Below, piece by piece: positions 46,275 through 55,204 of a stretch of DNA of 64,000 nt. The position numbers and the translations under genes are program-made. The number at the start of each line of letters is the position of its first letter. The first letter of the stretch is position 1. Under the pieces are notes generated by a model. It was not told the DNA's origin. It made no database searches and saw nothing but the letters and a program-made list of their open reading frames with translations. Source of the stretch: Desulfovibrio sp. (GTDB lineage: Bacteria > Bacillota > Dethiobacteria > DTU022); assembly GCA_020060545.1 (NCBI GenBank), contig JAGUZX010000026.1:16788-80787 (forward strand), given 5' to 3'.

Positions 46275-47235
46275 TTTCCGGCAGATTTAGCCTTAGTAAT
46301 CGTTTTACATTGCCTCCGGAAACCAATTCCAGTTCCGTTTCGTTAAATCCTCTTTCGGCAAGGGCCTCCTGCAGGATACCGTAACAGGAGGCATCGTTGA
46401 TCCCGTCCACCGTGGATTGAATGCCGTCAAAGTCGGAGCCGATCGCCACATGTTCTACTCCCGCCACCGCGGCAACGTGGATAAAGTGGTCTACCAGCTG
46501 ATCCAACCGCGCGGTCTCCTGGCCCGAAACAAACGGAGGGTAAAAACTGATCCCGACCGCCCCTCCTTTCTCCGCCAGGGCCCTGATCTGCTCGTCGGTC
46601 AGGTTGCGTGGATGGTCGCACAAACGCCTGGCATTGGTATGTGAAACCAGCGGCGGGCACGGCGCAATTTCCAGGGCCTCAAAGTAACCCCGTGGTGAAA
46701 TATGAGCCAGGTCGAGAATGATCCCCTTTTCGGCCATGATTTGAATTGCCTTGCGGCCCATGACGGTCAACCCGCCACCGGCGGCGGCCTCATTAATCCC
46801 GTCAGCGAACCAGTTCCGGTTGTTCCAGGTAGGAGAAAGGCACCGCACGCCCAAACGGAAAAATATATCCAGCAGCTCCAGGCTGCCTTCCAGCGGTTCC
46901 GCCCCCTCGAGCGCCAGCAGGCAGGCGATTTTCCCCTCTTTTTCGGCATCCGCCAGGTCAGCCAGGGTCTTGATTCCGGCCAGCGCATCACGATTTTCCA
47001 AGAGGCAATAATCGTAACGGTTGACATACTCCAAACCCTGCTTCAAATAATAACCGCCGGGTTTACCGAGAGCCGTGCAGATGGCAAAAAACTGCAGCGT
47101 TACACCACCCGCACGCAAGCGGGGCAGATCAATATGGCCGGTCGAATTGAGCCGCATAAACCGGTAGTCTGCCCGGTCCAACAGCAGAATCGTATCACAA
47201 TGACAATCGGTAATTGGAAAAGTTGCCTTAGCCAC
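46255..47235 (-). CDS. membrane dipeptidase (peptidase family M19, renal dipeptidase-like)
   Basis: 326 aa; N-terminal DCHCDTIL, …HTNARRLCDHPRNLTD…, …IGSDFDG… motifs. Confidence 0.8.
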   Translation of the reverse strand: MAKATFPITDCHCDTILLLDRADYRFMRLNSTGHIDLPRLRAGGVTLQFFAICTALGKPGGYYLKQGLEYVNRYDYCLLENRDALAGIKTLADLADAEKEGKIACLLALEGAEPLEGSLELLDIFFRLGVRCLSPTWNNRNWFADGINEAAAGGGLTVMGRKAIQIMAEKGIILDLAHISPRGYFEALEIAPCPPLVSHTNARRLCDHPRNLTDEQIRALAEKGGAVGISFYPPFVSGQETARLDQLVDHFIHVAAVAGVEHVAIGSDFDGIQSTVDGINDASCYGILQEALAERGFNETELELVSGGNVKRLLRLNLPESDCGDA

Positions 47236-47258
47236 GTATACATTTTACTCTAGATATT

Positions 47259-47297
47259 AAAAAAAAACACCCTTCTTTATGATTAAAGGGTGTTTTA
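47259..47297 (-). terminator. rho-independent terminator after spoVS
   Basis: minus strand ACACCCTT-taatcataaag-AAGGGTGT followed by T9. Confidence 0.65.
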
Positions 47298-47330
47298 TCT
47301 TTGAACCTTGGTTAGCGGGTTATGCTGCCG

Positions 47331-47591
47331 TCAGCGCGGTTCGACGATTAATTTTATGGCGGTCCGTTCTTCCCCGTCGATGTGGATATCCGTAAAGGCG
47401 GGTATACAGATTAAATCAATGCCGCCAGGCGCGACAAAGCCTCTGGCGATCGCGACCGCTTTAACGGCTTGGTTGAGAGCGCCTGCTCCAATCGTTTGAA
47501 TTTCCGCTCCGCCCCTTTCCCGCAGGACCCCGGCCAGCGCACCGGCTACAGAATTGGGATTAGACTTTGCTGAAACTTTTAATACATCCAT
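47331..47591 (-). CDS. spoVS: stage V sporulation protein S
   Basis: 86 aa; near-identical to canonical SpoVS (MDVLKVSAKSNPNSVAGALAGVLRERG…AIKLIVEPR). Confidence 0.9.
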   Translation of the reverse strand: MDVLKVSAKSNPNSVAGALAGVLRERGGAEIQTIGAGALNQAVKAVAIARGFVAPGGIDLICIPAFTDIHIDGEERTAIKLIVEPR

Positions 47592-47799
47592 TTAGTAATA
47601 AATACCTCCCCGCACGTATTTTGCTTGTTTATACTTCGTCTTCCAGTTCAGAATTCCTGCCTGAATTATAAGAATTTTAATAATAATTTCATGCACAGCG
47701 GAATATCTGTCCATTCTAACGCAAATCTTCACTCGAATATTTACAGTTAAACATTAATATATATAATTCATAATAATCTGACATTATTCGACAAAAAAA

Positions 47800-48312
47800 T
47801 TACTTATCGAACACATAGACTTTCCCCGCATCACGGAATGCAAACAGGTTTTTGGCATTGTTCCCCCGGGTTCGGTTCATGAAATATTCCAGTATCTCTT
47901 GCCACGGTTCATAGCTTTCTTCCGACAGCTCCAGTTCTTCCGGGCGGATTTCACTGATCAACGTTTCGCCATAGCGGTCGCGGATATAATGGGTAATGAG
48001 GCTGATTTCATCGTTGATATAAATACCGCAGAGGTCTATTTCGATCTTGGTAAAACCGCGAAGCGTTTTTTTGCGGACGGCAACCTTGCGATGTTCTTTC
48101 TTTTGTAAAAAGTGGTACGCTTCAATGTTCTCTTCAACTTGACGGCAAAAGGTTATGTAATCTTCCTTATCCAGTTCATTCCTGACCATATAAGAAAGAC
48201 TGCACGTTGAGGAAGCCAGGTTAAAGCTGATGGTGAAAATATCGGGAAACTGGACCAGCAAATTGATGATCATGCTGACGTGGTATGAGTCCTCCAAGCA
48301 ATCGCCTTTCAT
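47800..48312 (-). CDS. hypothetical protein (170 aa) in low-GC segment, occupies ymdB-equivalent slot between rny and spoVS
   Basis: Single long ORF in approx 45% GC DNA; no recognisable motif; acidic, Cys-containing. Confidence 0.4.
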   Translation of the reverse strand: MKGDCLEDSYHVSMIINLLVQFPDIFTISFNLASSTCSLSYMVRNELDKEDYITFCRQVEENIEAYHFLQKKEHRKVAVRKKTLRGFTKIEIDLCGIYINDEISLITHYIRDRYGETLISEIRPEELELSEESYEPWQEILEYFMNRTRGNNAKNLFAFRDAGKVYVFDK

Positions 48313-48445
48313 ATGGCTCCCCCTTTTTGGCGAATTATAATCAATCTTATTCCATAAAGCCCGTATCTAATCCTGCCCCGGAAGAAAAAAAGTGCCCTGC
48401 GGGCACACTAACAAATTGTGCAAGTGTTGATATTATTAGGTTATT

Positions 48446-49978
48446 TTACTTGGCATAGTCAACGACCCTGGTTTCCCTGATCACGGTTACCTTGATCTGC
48501 CCGGGGTACTCCAGATCACTCTCGATTTTCTTAACAATATCCCGGGCCACCTGGATCGAGGCGTAATCGTCGATCCGCTCCGGCTTAACCATAATCCTGA
48601 TTTCACGGCCGGCATGAATGGCGTAAGCCTTCTCCACCCCGTCAAATGAATCAGCGATCTGCTCCAACTTCTCGAGGCGCTTGATATATACTTCCAGCGT
48701 TTCTCGCCGGGCGCCGGGGCGCGCCGCGGAAATCGCATCCGCCGACTGGATCAATACGGCTTCCATGGTATTAAAATCGGTATCCCCGTGGTGTGCCGCG
48801 ATGGCATTAACAATGACTGCAGACTCCCTGTACTTCTTCGCCAGATCGGCTCCGGTAAAAACATGCGAACCTTCGGTTTCATGATCTACGGCTTTGCCGA
48901 TGTCATGGAGCAGGCCCGCCCTTTTGGCAAAGGCGATATCCAACCCCAGTTCTGCGGCCATAGTCCCCGCCAGGTTGGCCACTTCAATTGAATGCTGCAG
49001 GACATTTTGCCCGTAGGAGGTCCGGTAACGCAATTTTCCCAGCAACATGATCAGCTCCGGGTGCAAACCGTGCACACCGGTCTCAAAGGTGGCGCGCTCT
49101 CCCTCCTCCTTGATCTGGGCTTCCACTTCTTTGCGCGTTTTCTCCACGATTTCTTCGATCCGGGCCGGGTGGATCCGCCCATCGCTGATCAGTTTCTCCA
49201 GGGCAAGCCTGGCTATTTCACGCCTGATCGGATCAAATCCGGAAAGAATTACGGCCTCCGGAGTATCGTCAATGATCAAATCAATTCCGGTGAGTGTTTC
49301 CAGGGCCCTGATGTTGCGGCCTTCCCTGCCGATAATTCGCCCCTTCATTTCGTCGTTTGGCAATGAAACCACTGAAACTGTGGTTTCCGAAACATGATCC
49401 GCCGCACACCTCTGAATAGCCATGGTAATTACTTCACGCGCTCTCTTGTCCGCTTCCGCCTTGGCCTGGCTCTCCACTTCTTTAACCATCTGCGCCATTT
49501 CGTGGGAAATCTCATCTCTGGCCCGCTTCAGCAAAAAATCTCTTGCCTCTTCCATGCTCATACCGGAAACCTTTTCCAATTCAATTAACTTCTGCTGGCA
49601 AAGGCTCTCGAGCTTCTCCCGGATACTTCGAATTTCTTCCTCTTTTTTTCTTAAGTCATCCTCTTTTCTTTCAATAAAGCTTGTTTTGCGATCGAGGCTT
49701 TCTTCTTTCTGCATCAGGCGGCGTTCGATCCGTTGAAACTCGGATCTCCTCTCCCGGCTTTCTCTTTCCAGTTCACTTCTGAGACGATGCGATTCTTCCT
49801 TCGCTTCCAGGTATTTTTCTCTTTTAATCGCGTTGGCTTCAAGCTTGGCTTCTTCCATAATTTTTTGCGCCGCCGCTTCCGCGGAAGCGATGCGGGCTTC
49901 AGCGATCATCTTGCGGGCGAAATAGCCTATCGTTACCCCTAAAGCCAAACCGGCAGCTCCAATAAGGACTATTTCCAT
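48446..49978 (-). CDS. rny: ribonuclease Y
   Basis: Start trimmed to [20 protein letters not shown] (ATG 49978, GGAGGTG RBS); N-terminal TM, coiled coil, KH domain (…[11 protein letters not shown]…), HD domain (…LLHDIGKA…). Confidence 0.9.
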   Translation of the reverse strand: MEIVLIGAAGLALGVTIGYFARKMIAEARIASAEAAAQKIMEEAKLEANAIKREKYLEAKEESHRLRSELERESRERRSEFQRIERRLMQKEESLDRKTSFIERKEDDLRKKEEEIRSIREKLESLCQQKLIELEKVSGMSMEEARDFLLKRARDEISHEMAQMVKEVESQAKAEADKRAREVITMAIQRCAADHVSETTVSVVSLPNDEMKGRIIGREGRNIRALETLTGIDLIIDDTPEAVILSGFDPIRREIARLALEKLISDGRIHPARIEEIVEKTRKEVEAQIKEEGERATFETGVHGLHPELIMLLGKLRYRTSYGQNVLQHSIEVANLAGTMAAELGLDIAFAKRAGLLHDIGKAVDHETEGSHVFTGADLAKKYRESAVIVNAIAAHHGDTDFNTMEAVLIQSADAISAARPGARRETLEVYIKRLEKLEQIADSFDGVEKAYAIHAGREIRIMVKPERIDDYASIQVARDIVKKIESDLEYPGQIKVTVIRETRVVDYAK

Positions 49979-50237
49979 TAACTGTTCCACCTCCGTTTCT
50001 TTAATGGCATAAAAAAACTGTGTCTTCAGAACACAGCTTAAAAGAGATCCCAGTATAAAACCTGCCAAAAACGAAACCCTGTGCAGGACATTATGCTTTT
50101 GTTATCAATCTATCTCAGCGCCTCTTCAAGCGCCAAGTGTTCTCTTTTAAGATATGAACTGATAGCTAGTGAATCTATTACTCGAATATAAATCAAGACT
50201 ATTTTACCTTTATGCCAAAGTTATGTCAAGAAATGAT

Positions 50238-50717
50238 TTATTCGAGACTAACCCGGGCAAAGTCACGCAGCACCGCTTTAATCACCTGACGGTCAAAACC
50301 GCGCCGCTGCAAATACGCAGCTTGCCGACGAACCCAACGCGCGTCACGGCAACCGCTATCTTTGGCCGTTCTTTTTTCCATGATTGCCCGGGCCCGGGCC
50401 AAATCTTCCTCCGGGGTAAAGTAATCGTCAATCCTGCTTTCAACAATTTCTTGCGCCAGCCCCTTCTTTAAAAACTCTATTCGGGCGCGGTAAGGACCGA
50501 AGCCCCTGCGCAGGCAGCTTTGCAAAAGCTCCCCGGCAAAACGGAAATCGTCCAGGTAACCGAGCTCCTGCATCTCGGTCACAACCGCAACAATTACTTT
50601 ATCCTGGAATCCTTTCCGCTGCAAGTATGCTTCCACTTCCCGCCTGCTCCGCTGGCGATAGCGGAGCAGCCGTAAAACACGCCCGCGGGCTTTACGCAAC
50701 TCATCTTCTCCGTTCAA
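50238..50717 (-). CDS. recX: recombination regulator RecX
   Basis: 159 aa; RecX repeat pattern (…RALRLLRYRQRSRREV…); immediately downstream of recA. Confidence 0.85.
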   Translation of the reverse strand: MNGEDELRKARGRVLRLLRYRQRSRREVEAYLQRKGFQDKVIVAVVTEMQELGYLDDFRFAGELLQSCLRRGFGPYRARIEFLKKGLAQEIVESRIDDYFTPEEDLARARAIMEKRTAKDSGCRDARWVRRQAAYLQRRGFDRQVIKAVLRDFARVSLE

Positions 50718-50732
50718 TCTAGGCCAACCCCG

Positions 50733-51776
50733 TTACGCCGTCCCCGGCCGATCTTTTTCCGGCAACAAATCCACCGCGGCCCTTGCCGCTACCGGCAGGC
50801 CGCAGGCTTCCCTGATCTCCCGTTCAATTTCCCGGGCTACGGTAGGATTTTCTTTCAAATAGTCCCTCACGTTTTCCCGGCCCTGCCCCAAACGGTCATC
50901 TTTATAGGAATACCAGGTTCCGCTCTTGTTAATAACCTTTAACTCCAAGCCCAAGTCAATCAGTGAACCTTCAGCGGAAATGCCAAACCCGTAAAGGATA
51001 TCAAAATCCGCCGCTTTGAAAGGAGGCGCAACCTTATTTTTAACTACCTTGACCCTGGTCCGGTTACCGATAATGGTGTCATTCCCCTGTTTTAACGATT
51101 CCACCCGCCGCACATCAAGGCGGACCGTGGAATAGAATTTTAGCGCCCTCCCCCCGGGGGTAACCTCCGGATTGCCGAACATTACGCCGACTTTTTCCCG
51201 GATCTGGTTAATAAAAACGGCGATAGTGCTGGATTTACTGATGGCGCCGGAAAGTTTGCGCAGCGCTTGCGACATCAAACGGGCCTGCAGCCCGACATGG
51301 GCGTCCCCCATTTCCCCTTCGATTTCCGCGCGAGGCACCAGGGCGGCCACGGAATCGATCACCAGGACATCAATGGCGGCGCTGCGCACCAGTGCTTCGG
51401 CGATTTCGAGAGCCTGCTCACCGGTATCAGGTTGGGAAACCAGCAACTCGTCAATGTTAACCCCAAGTTTGGCCGCATAATGGGGATCGAGGGCATGTTC
51501 GGCATCGATAAAAGCCGCGTATCCGCCCCTTTTTTGAGCTTCGGCAATCACATGCAGGGCAACAGTGGTTTTACCCGAAGATTCCGGTCCGAAAATCTCG
51601 ACTACCCTGCCCCTGGGCAGCCCTCCCACGCCTAGGGCCAGATCAAGTGACAGGCAGCCCGTAGGAATCACATCGATCCCGGGCTTGACGTTTTGACCCA
51701 GTTTCATCACCGAGCCTTTGCCAAATTGTTTCTCAATTTGGATTAAAGCCGCTTCCAGCGCTTTATCCTTCTCCAT
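50733..51776 (-). CDS. recA: recombinase RecA
   Basis: 347 aa; Walker [11 protein letters not shown]1/L2 loops, highly conserved RecA sequence. Confidence 0.95.
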   Translation of the reverse strand: MEKDKALEAALIQIEKQFGKGSVMKLGQNVKPGIDVIPTGCLSLDLALGVGGLPRGRVVEIFGPESSGKTTVALHVIAEAQKRGGYAAFIDAEHALDPHYAAKLGVNIDELLVSQPDTGEQALEIAEALVRSAAIDVLVIDSVAALVPRAEIEGEMGDAHVGLQARLMSQALRKLSGAISKSSTIAVFINQIREKVGVMFGNPEVTPGGRALKFYSTVRLDVRRVESLKQGNDTIIGNRTRVKVVKNKVAPPFKAADFDILYGFGISAEGSLIDLGLELKVINKSGTWYSYKDDRLGQGRENVRDYLKENPTVAREIEREIREACGLPVAARAAVDLLPEKDRPGTA

Positions 51777-51858
51777 TTTTTAACAACCCCCTTTACCGTG
51801 GGCTCCCTTGGCATCCATACCACATTTATTCTTGATCGGGCAGTTATTTCCTGCCTTT

Positions 51859-52416
51859 TCAACCAAAAAATATTCTCCGCAACGCCGTATAAACCGCCCC
51901 CTGTCTAAAAAGCTCACTCCGGTAAAGAGCGATCCCGCCAACTGTGGCCGGCTCAGTAGTAAAATGAAGCTCCTGCTCCAAATATTGTGCGATCTTTGCC
52001 CGCGGGAGCGGGTAGCGCAGCCTTCCCAGGGTCAGGTGAGGCCGGTACTCCCTTTGCTCGATTGTAAATCCATGCCGCAGCAAGGCCTTTTCCAGGGTTG
52101 AAGCGATCTCCTCAACCTGGCTGGAGCCGTCAAGGAGCCCGACCCAGAGTACACGCGCCCGATGGGGCACAGGGAACACGCCCGCTTTACCGAAGCGCAA
52201 GTTGAACGGCGCGGCGGAAACCGCCGTTTCTTCCATCGCTTGCACAGTTTCCGGCACCCGCTCCTCTTTCACCTCGCCCAGAAATTGAAGGGTGAGATGC
52301 ATCCCGTGCGGCGGAGCCCACTTGACCCCGTCCAAGAAACCGGACAGGCGCTGCTGCAGGGAGTGAACTTGCTGCTTTTGTTTTTCTGAAAGGTCGATCG
52401 CGATAAACAATCGCAT
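51859..52416 (-). CDS. thpR: RNA 2',3'-cyclic phosphodiesterase (2H family, ThpR/LigT)
   Basis: 185 aa; two H-x-T-x motifs (HLTLQFLG, HLTLGRL). Confidence 0.8.
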   Translation of the reverse strand: MRLFIAIDLSEKQKQQVHSLQQRLSGFLDGVKWAPPHGMHLTLQFLGEVKEERVPETVQAMEETAVSAAPFNLRFGKAGVFPVPHRARVLWVGLLDGSSQVEEIASTLEKALLRHGFTIEQREYRPHLTLGRLRYPLPRAKIAQYLEQELHFTTEPATVGGIALYRSELFRQGAVYTALRRIFFG

Positions 52417-52475
52417 TAACTGAGCTCCTCAATTTTTCGCAATTAATCATCAGGCGTTCAGAACTCAGTAGTCAG

Positions 52476-52540
52476 AATTCAGAATGCTGCGAAACGATAA
52501 ACTGTCTTTTTTATTCTGACTTCTGGCTCCTGACTACTGT
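52476..52540. repeat. imperfect 27-bp inverted repeat (CAGTAGTCAG…TCAGAAT / ATTCTGA…CTGACTACTG) flanking a 27-nt A/T-containing loop
   Basis: Direct reading of both arms in thpR upstream / phosphoesterase downstream intergenic region; no T-run. Confidence 0.4.
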
Positions 52541-52543
52541 TAA

Positions 52544-53938
52544 TCAGCGTTTGTAGTGACGCTGCAGCATAAATGAATCTTGAAACTGCTGGACGCTAAT
52601 CAGGTCGGCCATCACCAGCGCCTGCCGCCCTTCCGGCGAACGGTTGAAGTAGAGGACCACCAGGCTGTATGGATTTTCCGCAGGGGCATTGAGTCCCCGC
52701 ATCCCGGCGGCGCCGGTGGTGCCGGCATTGATGAGGGCGCTGCCCTGATCAAAGGCGATTCCGGCCCGGTGGTTATGCCCGCTTAAGATAACTGGAACCT
52801 TCCCTACAAACAGCTCCCCCATTATCGGGTGGTGTACCCCCAGCAAGTCGGGCCAATGGGTTTCATTTTCGAATAATTTAAAGGCATCCTCTGCCGCTTG
52901 CCGCAAAACTCCCTCCGGCGCCACTTCCATTAACTGAACCTGTGAAGCGGGGTCGGCGATGCCGGCTATGCGCAACCCTTCCAGCTCAATAATGGCATGA
53001 TCGAGGACTAAAACGCCTCCCCGGCGCATCGCCTCAATTACCTGGGGGGAGTCGTGGTTTCCCGGGATAAAGATATACGGCACCGGCAGTGAGGTTACCC
53101 GGGAAACGAGTTCGGATTCCAGTTCAGTACCGTAATCGGTAAAATCACCGGTGTCGATGACCAGGTCGATTTTAAAGCTGCTGACCACCTTCTCGATAAA
53201 ATCGAAGGCAGCCGGGTTGTTGTGGATGTCGGAAACATGAAGCACCCGGAGTGTGTTTTCCGAAGCCATGGGGTGGACTTGTTCCAGCTGCCGCGCGAGA
53301 TCGTGCAGGTTGGCGGTCATCACTTCAAGCTGTTCGCCGAGAGCCTTGAGTGTAGACAGAGCCTGATCGGCCAGCCCGACCACCCATGGAGCCGCTCCAA
53401 GGATGCCTTTATACCGTGGCGATTCAAAAGCATTTAGATCATAGGGGTAGATTACCGTAGCGGCAAACAAGGCCAGGAACAGCAAGGCCGCCATCAGTCC
53501 GCCGAGGAGTACACACCGCCCCTTGCGGTTCCGGGCAAGCAGAAAAACCGTTCCCGCGCCGCAGATAAACGAGATTACGGCGGATCGCGCCAAAAAAAAG
53601 AGCAGCTTGGATTTAAGCTGTACTTCGAAAAAGCTGAAATTTTGGGTTTCGGCCAGGTTTTCCAGGCCGGAAGCCAGATACTCAAGATCCACATTCTGAA
53701 GAGTAACCCGCAGCGTGAACGGAAACCAGTGCGTCACCGCGCTTAACTCCCCAATCGGTGGGATGAAGACCACCGTTTCACCCCGCTGAAAGGGAACCAG
53801 TTCAACAGTAAACTCAAAAGCGCTGACCACAAAAGCGGTGGCGCTGAACAGGGCGGCGGCAATATAGACTCCGAGCAAGGAGAGAAACAGCAGGACCGCC
53901 CATTCAATCAGCGCATCTCGCTTAGGCTTTGTCATCAT
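52544..53938 (-). CDS. membrane-anchored metallophosphoesterase (calcineurin-like)
   Basis: 464 aa; 4-5 N-terminal TM helices; …LHVSDIHN…, …DTGDFTDYG…, …GNHD…, …SGHNH… motifs. Confidence 0.7.
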   Translation of the reverse strand: MMTKPKRDALIEWAVLLFLSLLGVYIAAALFSATAFVVSAFEFTVELVPFQRGETVVFIPPIGELSAVTHWFPFTLRVTLQNVDLEYLASGLENLAETQNFSFFEVQLKSKLLFFLARSAVISFICGAGTVFLLARNRKGRCVLLGGLMAALLFLALFAATVIYPYDLNAFESPRYKGILGAAPWVVGLADQALSTLKALGEQLEVMTANLHDLARQLEQVHPMASENTLRVLHVSDIHNNPAAFDFIEKVVSSFKIDLVIDTGDFTDYGTELESELVSRVTSLPVPYIFIPGNHDSPQVIEAMRRGGVLVLDHAIIELEGLRIAGIADPASQVQLMEVAPEGVLRQAAEDAFKLFENETHWPDLLGVHHPIMGELFVGKVPVILSGHNHRAGIAFDQGSALINAGTTGAAGMRGLNAPAENPYSLVVLYFNRSPEGRQALVMADLISVQQFQDSFMLQRHYKR

Positions 53939-55163
53939 CCGGCATCATCCTCCACAGCATGGCCAGCGCGGTTTGGGCCGCTCTTTCTTTGACAGCCCTT
54001 CGCGTTCCGGTTAAATTGAGTTGTTTGCAGTTAACCCCTTCTCCGAAAGCAACCGCGACAAAAACCAACCCTACGGGGCGCCCCGATCCGTCGCTTTCCG
54101 GGCCGGCGATGCCGGTAATACCGACCCCTGCGTCCGCGGTGAAAAGAACACGGGATTTTAGAGCCATGGCCACGGCTACCGCTTCGCTCACCGCGCCTTC
54201 CGCCTCGAGCAGATTCTGTTCAACACCGAGGGGATCGATTTTCGCTCCAGGTGAATATGCCACCAGAGATCCCTTTAAGATATGAGAGCTTCCGTGAATA
54301 TCAGTGATCAGGTCGGAAAGCAGTCCGCCGGTGCAGGACTCCGCCAGAGCCAGGGTTAACTGCCGCTCTTTCAAACGGGACACTACCGCCCCGGCCAGGG
54401 TCTCCTGATCAACCCCGTAGATGTAATCCCCGATCGTGCGCCGCAGCCTGGTTTCGGCTTCATCCAGTTCATTCACGGCCGTGGCGGGAGCGCCGTAAGC
54501 CTTTAGCTGCAGGTATACTTCCATCCCCCTTGCAGTCAGCGAAAGGGGGTGGGAAAACGCTCCCGCCTGCTTAATCTTTTCCGCCAGGAGTGATTCGCCC
54601 AATCCGGCGCACTTAAGGGTCCTGATGAACCAGCTTGCGCCAACCGGCGCCGCCGAGTTCAGGAAAGGAAGCACAGACGCTTCGAACATGGGCTGCATCT
54701 CTTGAGGCGGTCCGGGCAGCAAAATAATCCAGCGCCGCCCTGCCGGCACGATCGCCCCGGGGGCTGTGCCCTTCGGGTTATCCAACCGCCGGCTCCCCTT
54801 GATCGCCATGGCTTGCTTGCGGTTAGAGAGCGGCATCGGGTAACCGTAACGGGCAAATAAACGTTCGATTTGCTCAAGCCACTCCGGATCAAGCAGCAGC
54901 GGTAAATCTAAAAGACGGGCCACGGCTTCCCTGGTCAGATCGTCATCGGTGGGACCCAACCCCCCGGTACAGATAATCGCGTCGCAATGTGGCAGCGAGT
55001 GCCGCAGCGCCGTGATAATCGCATCCATGTCGTCAGGAATTACCCGCAACTCGCGGACCTGGATCCCGCTGGACCAGAGCCTCCCCGACAGGTAGAAACC
55101 GTTGGTATCGGCTACCAACCCGGTCAGCAGTTCACTGCCGATGCAAAGCAGATCAACTTTCAT
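53922..55163 (-). CDS. cinA: competence/damage-inducible protein CinA (MocF-like N-domain + CinA C-domain)
   Basis: 413 aa; N-terminal MKVDLLCIGSELLTG…, C-terminal CinA domain (…ESCTGGLLSDLITD…). Confidence 0.85.
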   Translation of the reverse strand: MKVDLLCIGSELLTGLVADTNGFYLSGRLWSSGIQVRELRVIPDDMDAIITALRHSLPHCDAIICTGGLGPTDDDLTREAVARLLDLPLLLDPEWLEQIERLFARYGYPMPLSNRKQAMAIKGSRRLDNPKGTAPGAIVPAGRRWIILLPGPPQEMQPMFEASVLPFLNSAAPVGASWFIRTLKCAGLGESLLAEKIKQAGAFSHPLSLTARGMEVYLQLKAYGAPATAVNELDEAETRLRRTIGDYIYGVDQETLAGAVVSRLKERQLTLALAESCTGGLLSDLITDIHGSSHILKGSLVAYSPGAKIDPLGVEQNLLEAEGAVSEAVAVAMALKSRVLFTADAGVGITGIAGPESDGSGRPVGLVFVAVAFGEGVNCKQLNLTGTRRAVKERAAQTALAMLWRMMPDDDKA

Positions 55164-55204
55164 GCTAGATCACCGCCGCATGGTTTTTCCCTATTATACC
55201 ACGG

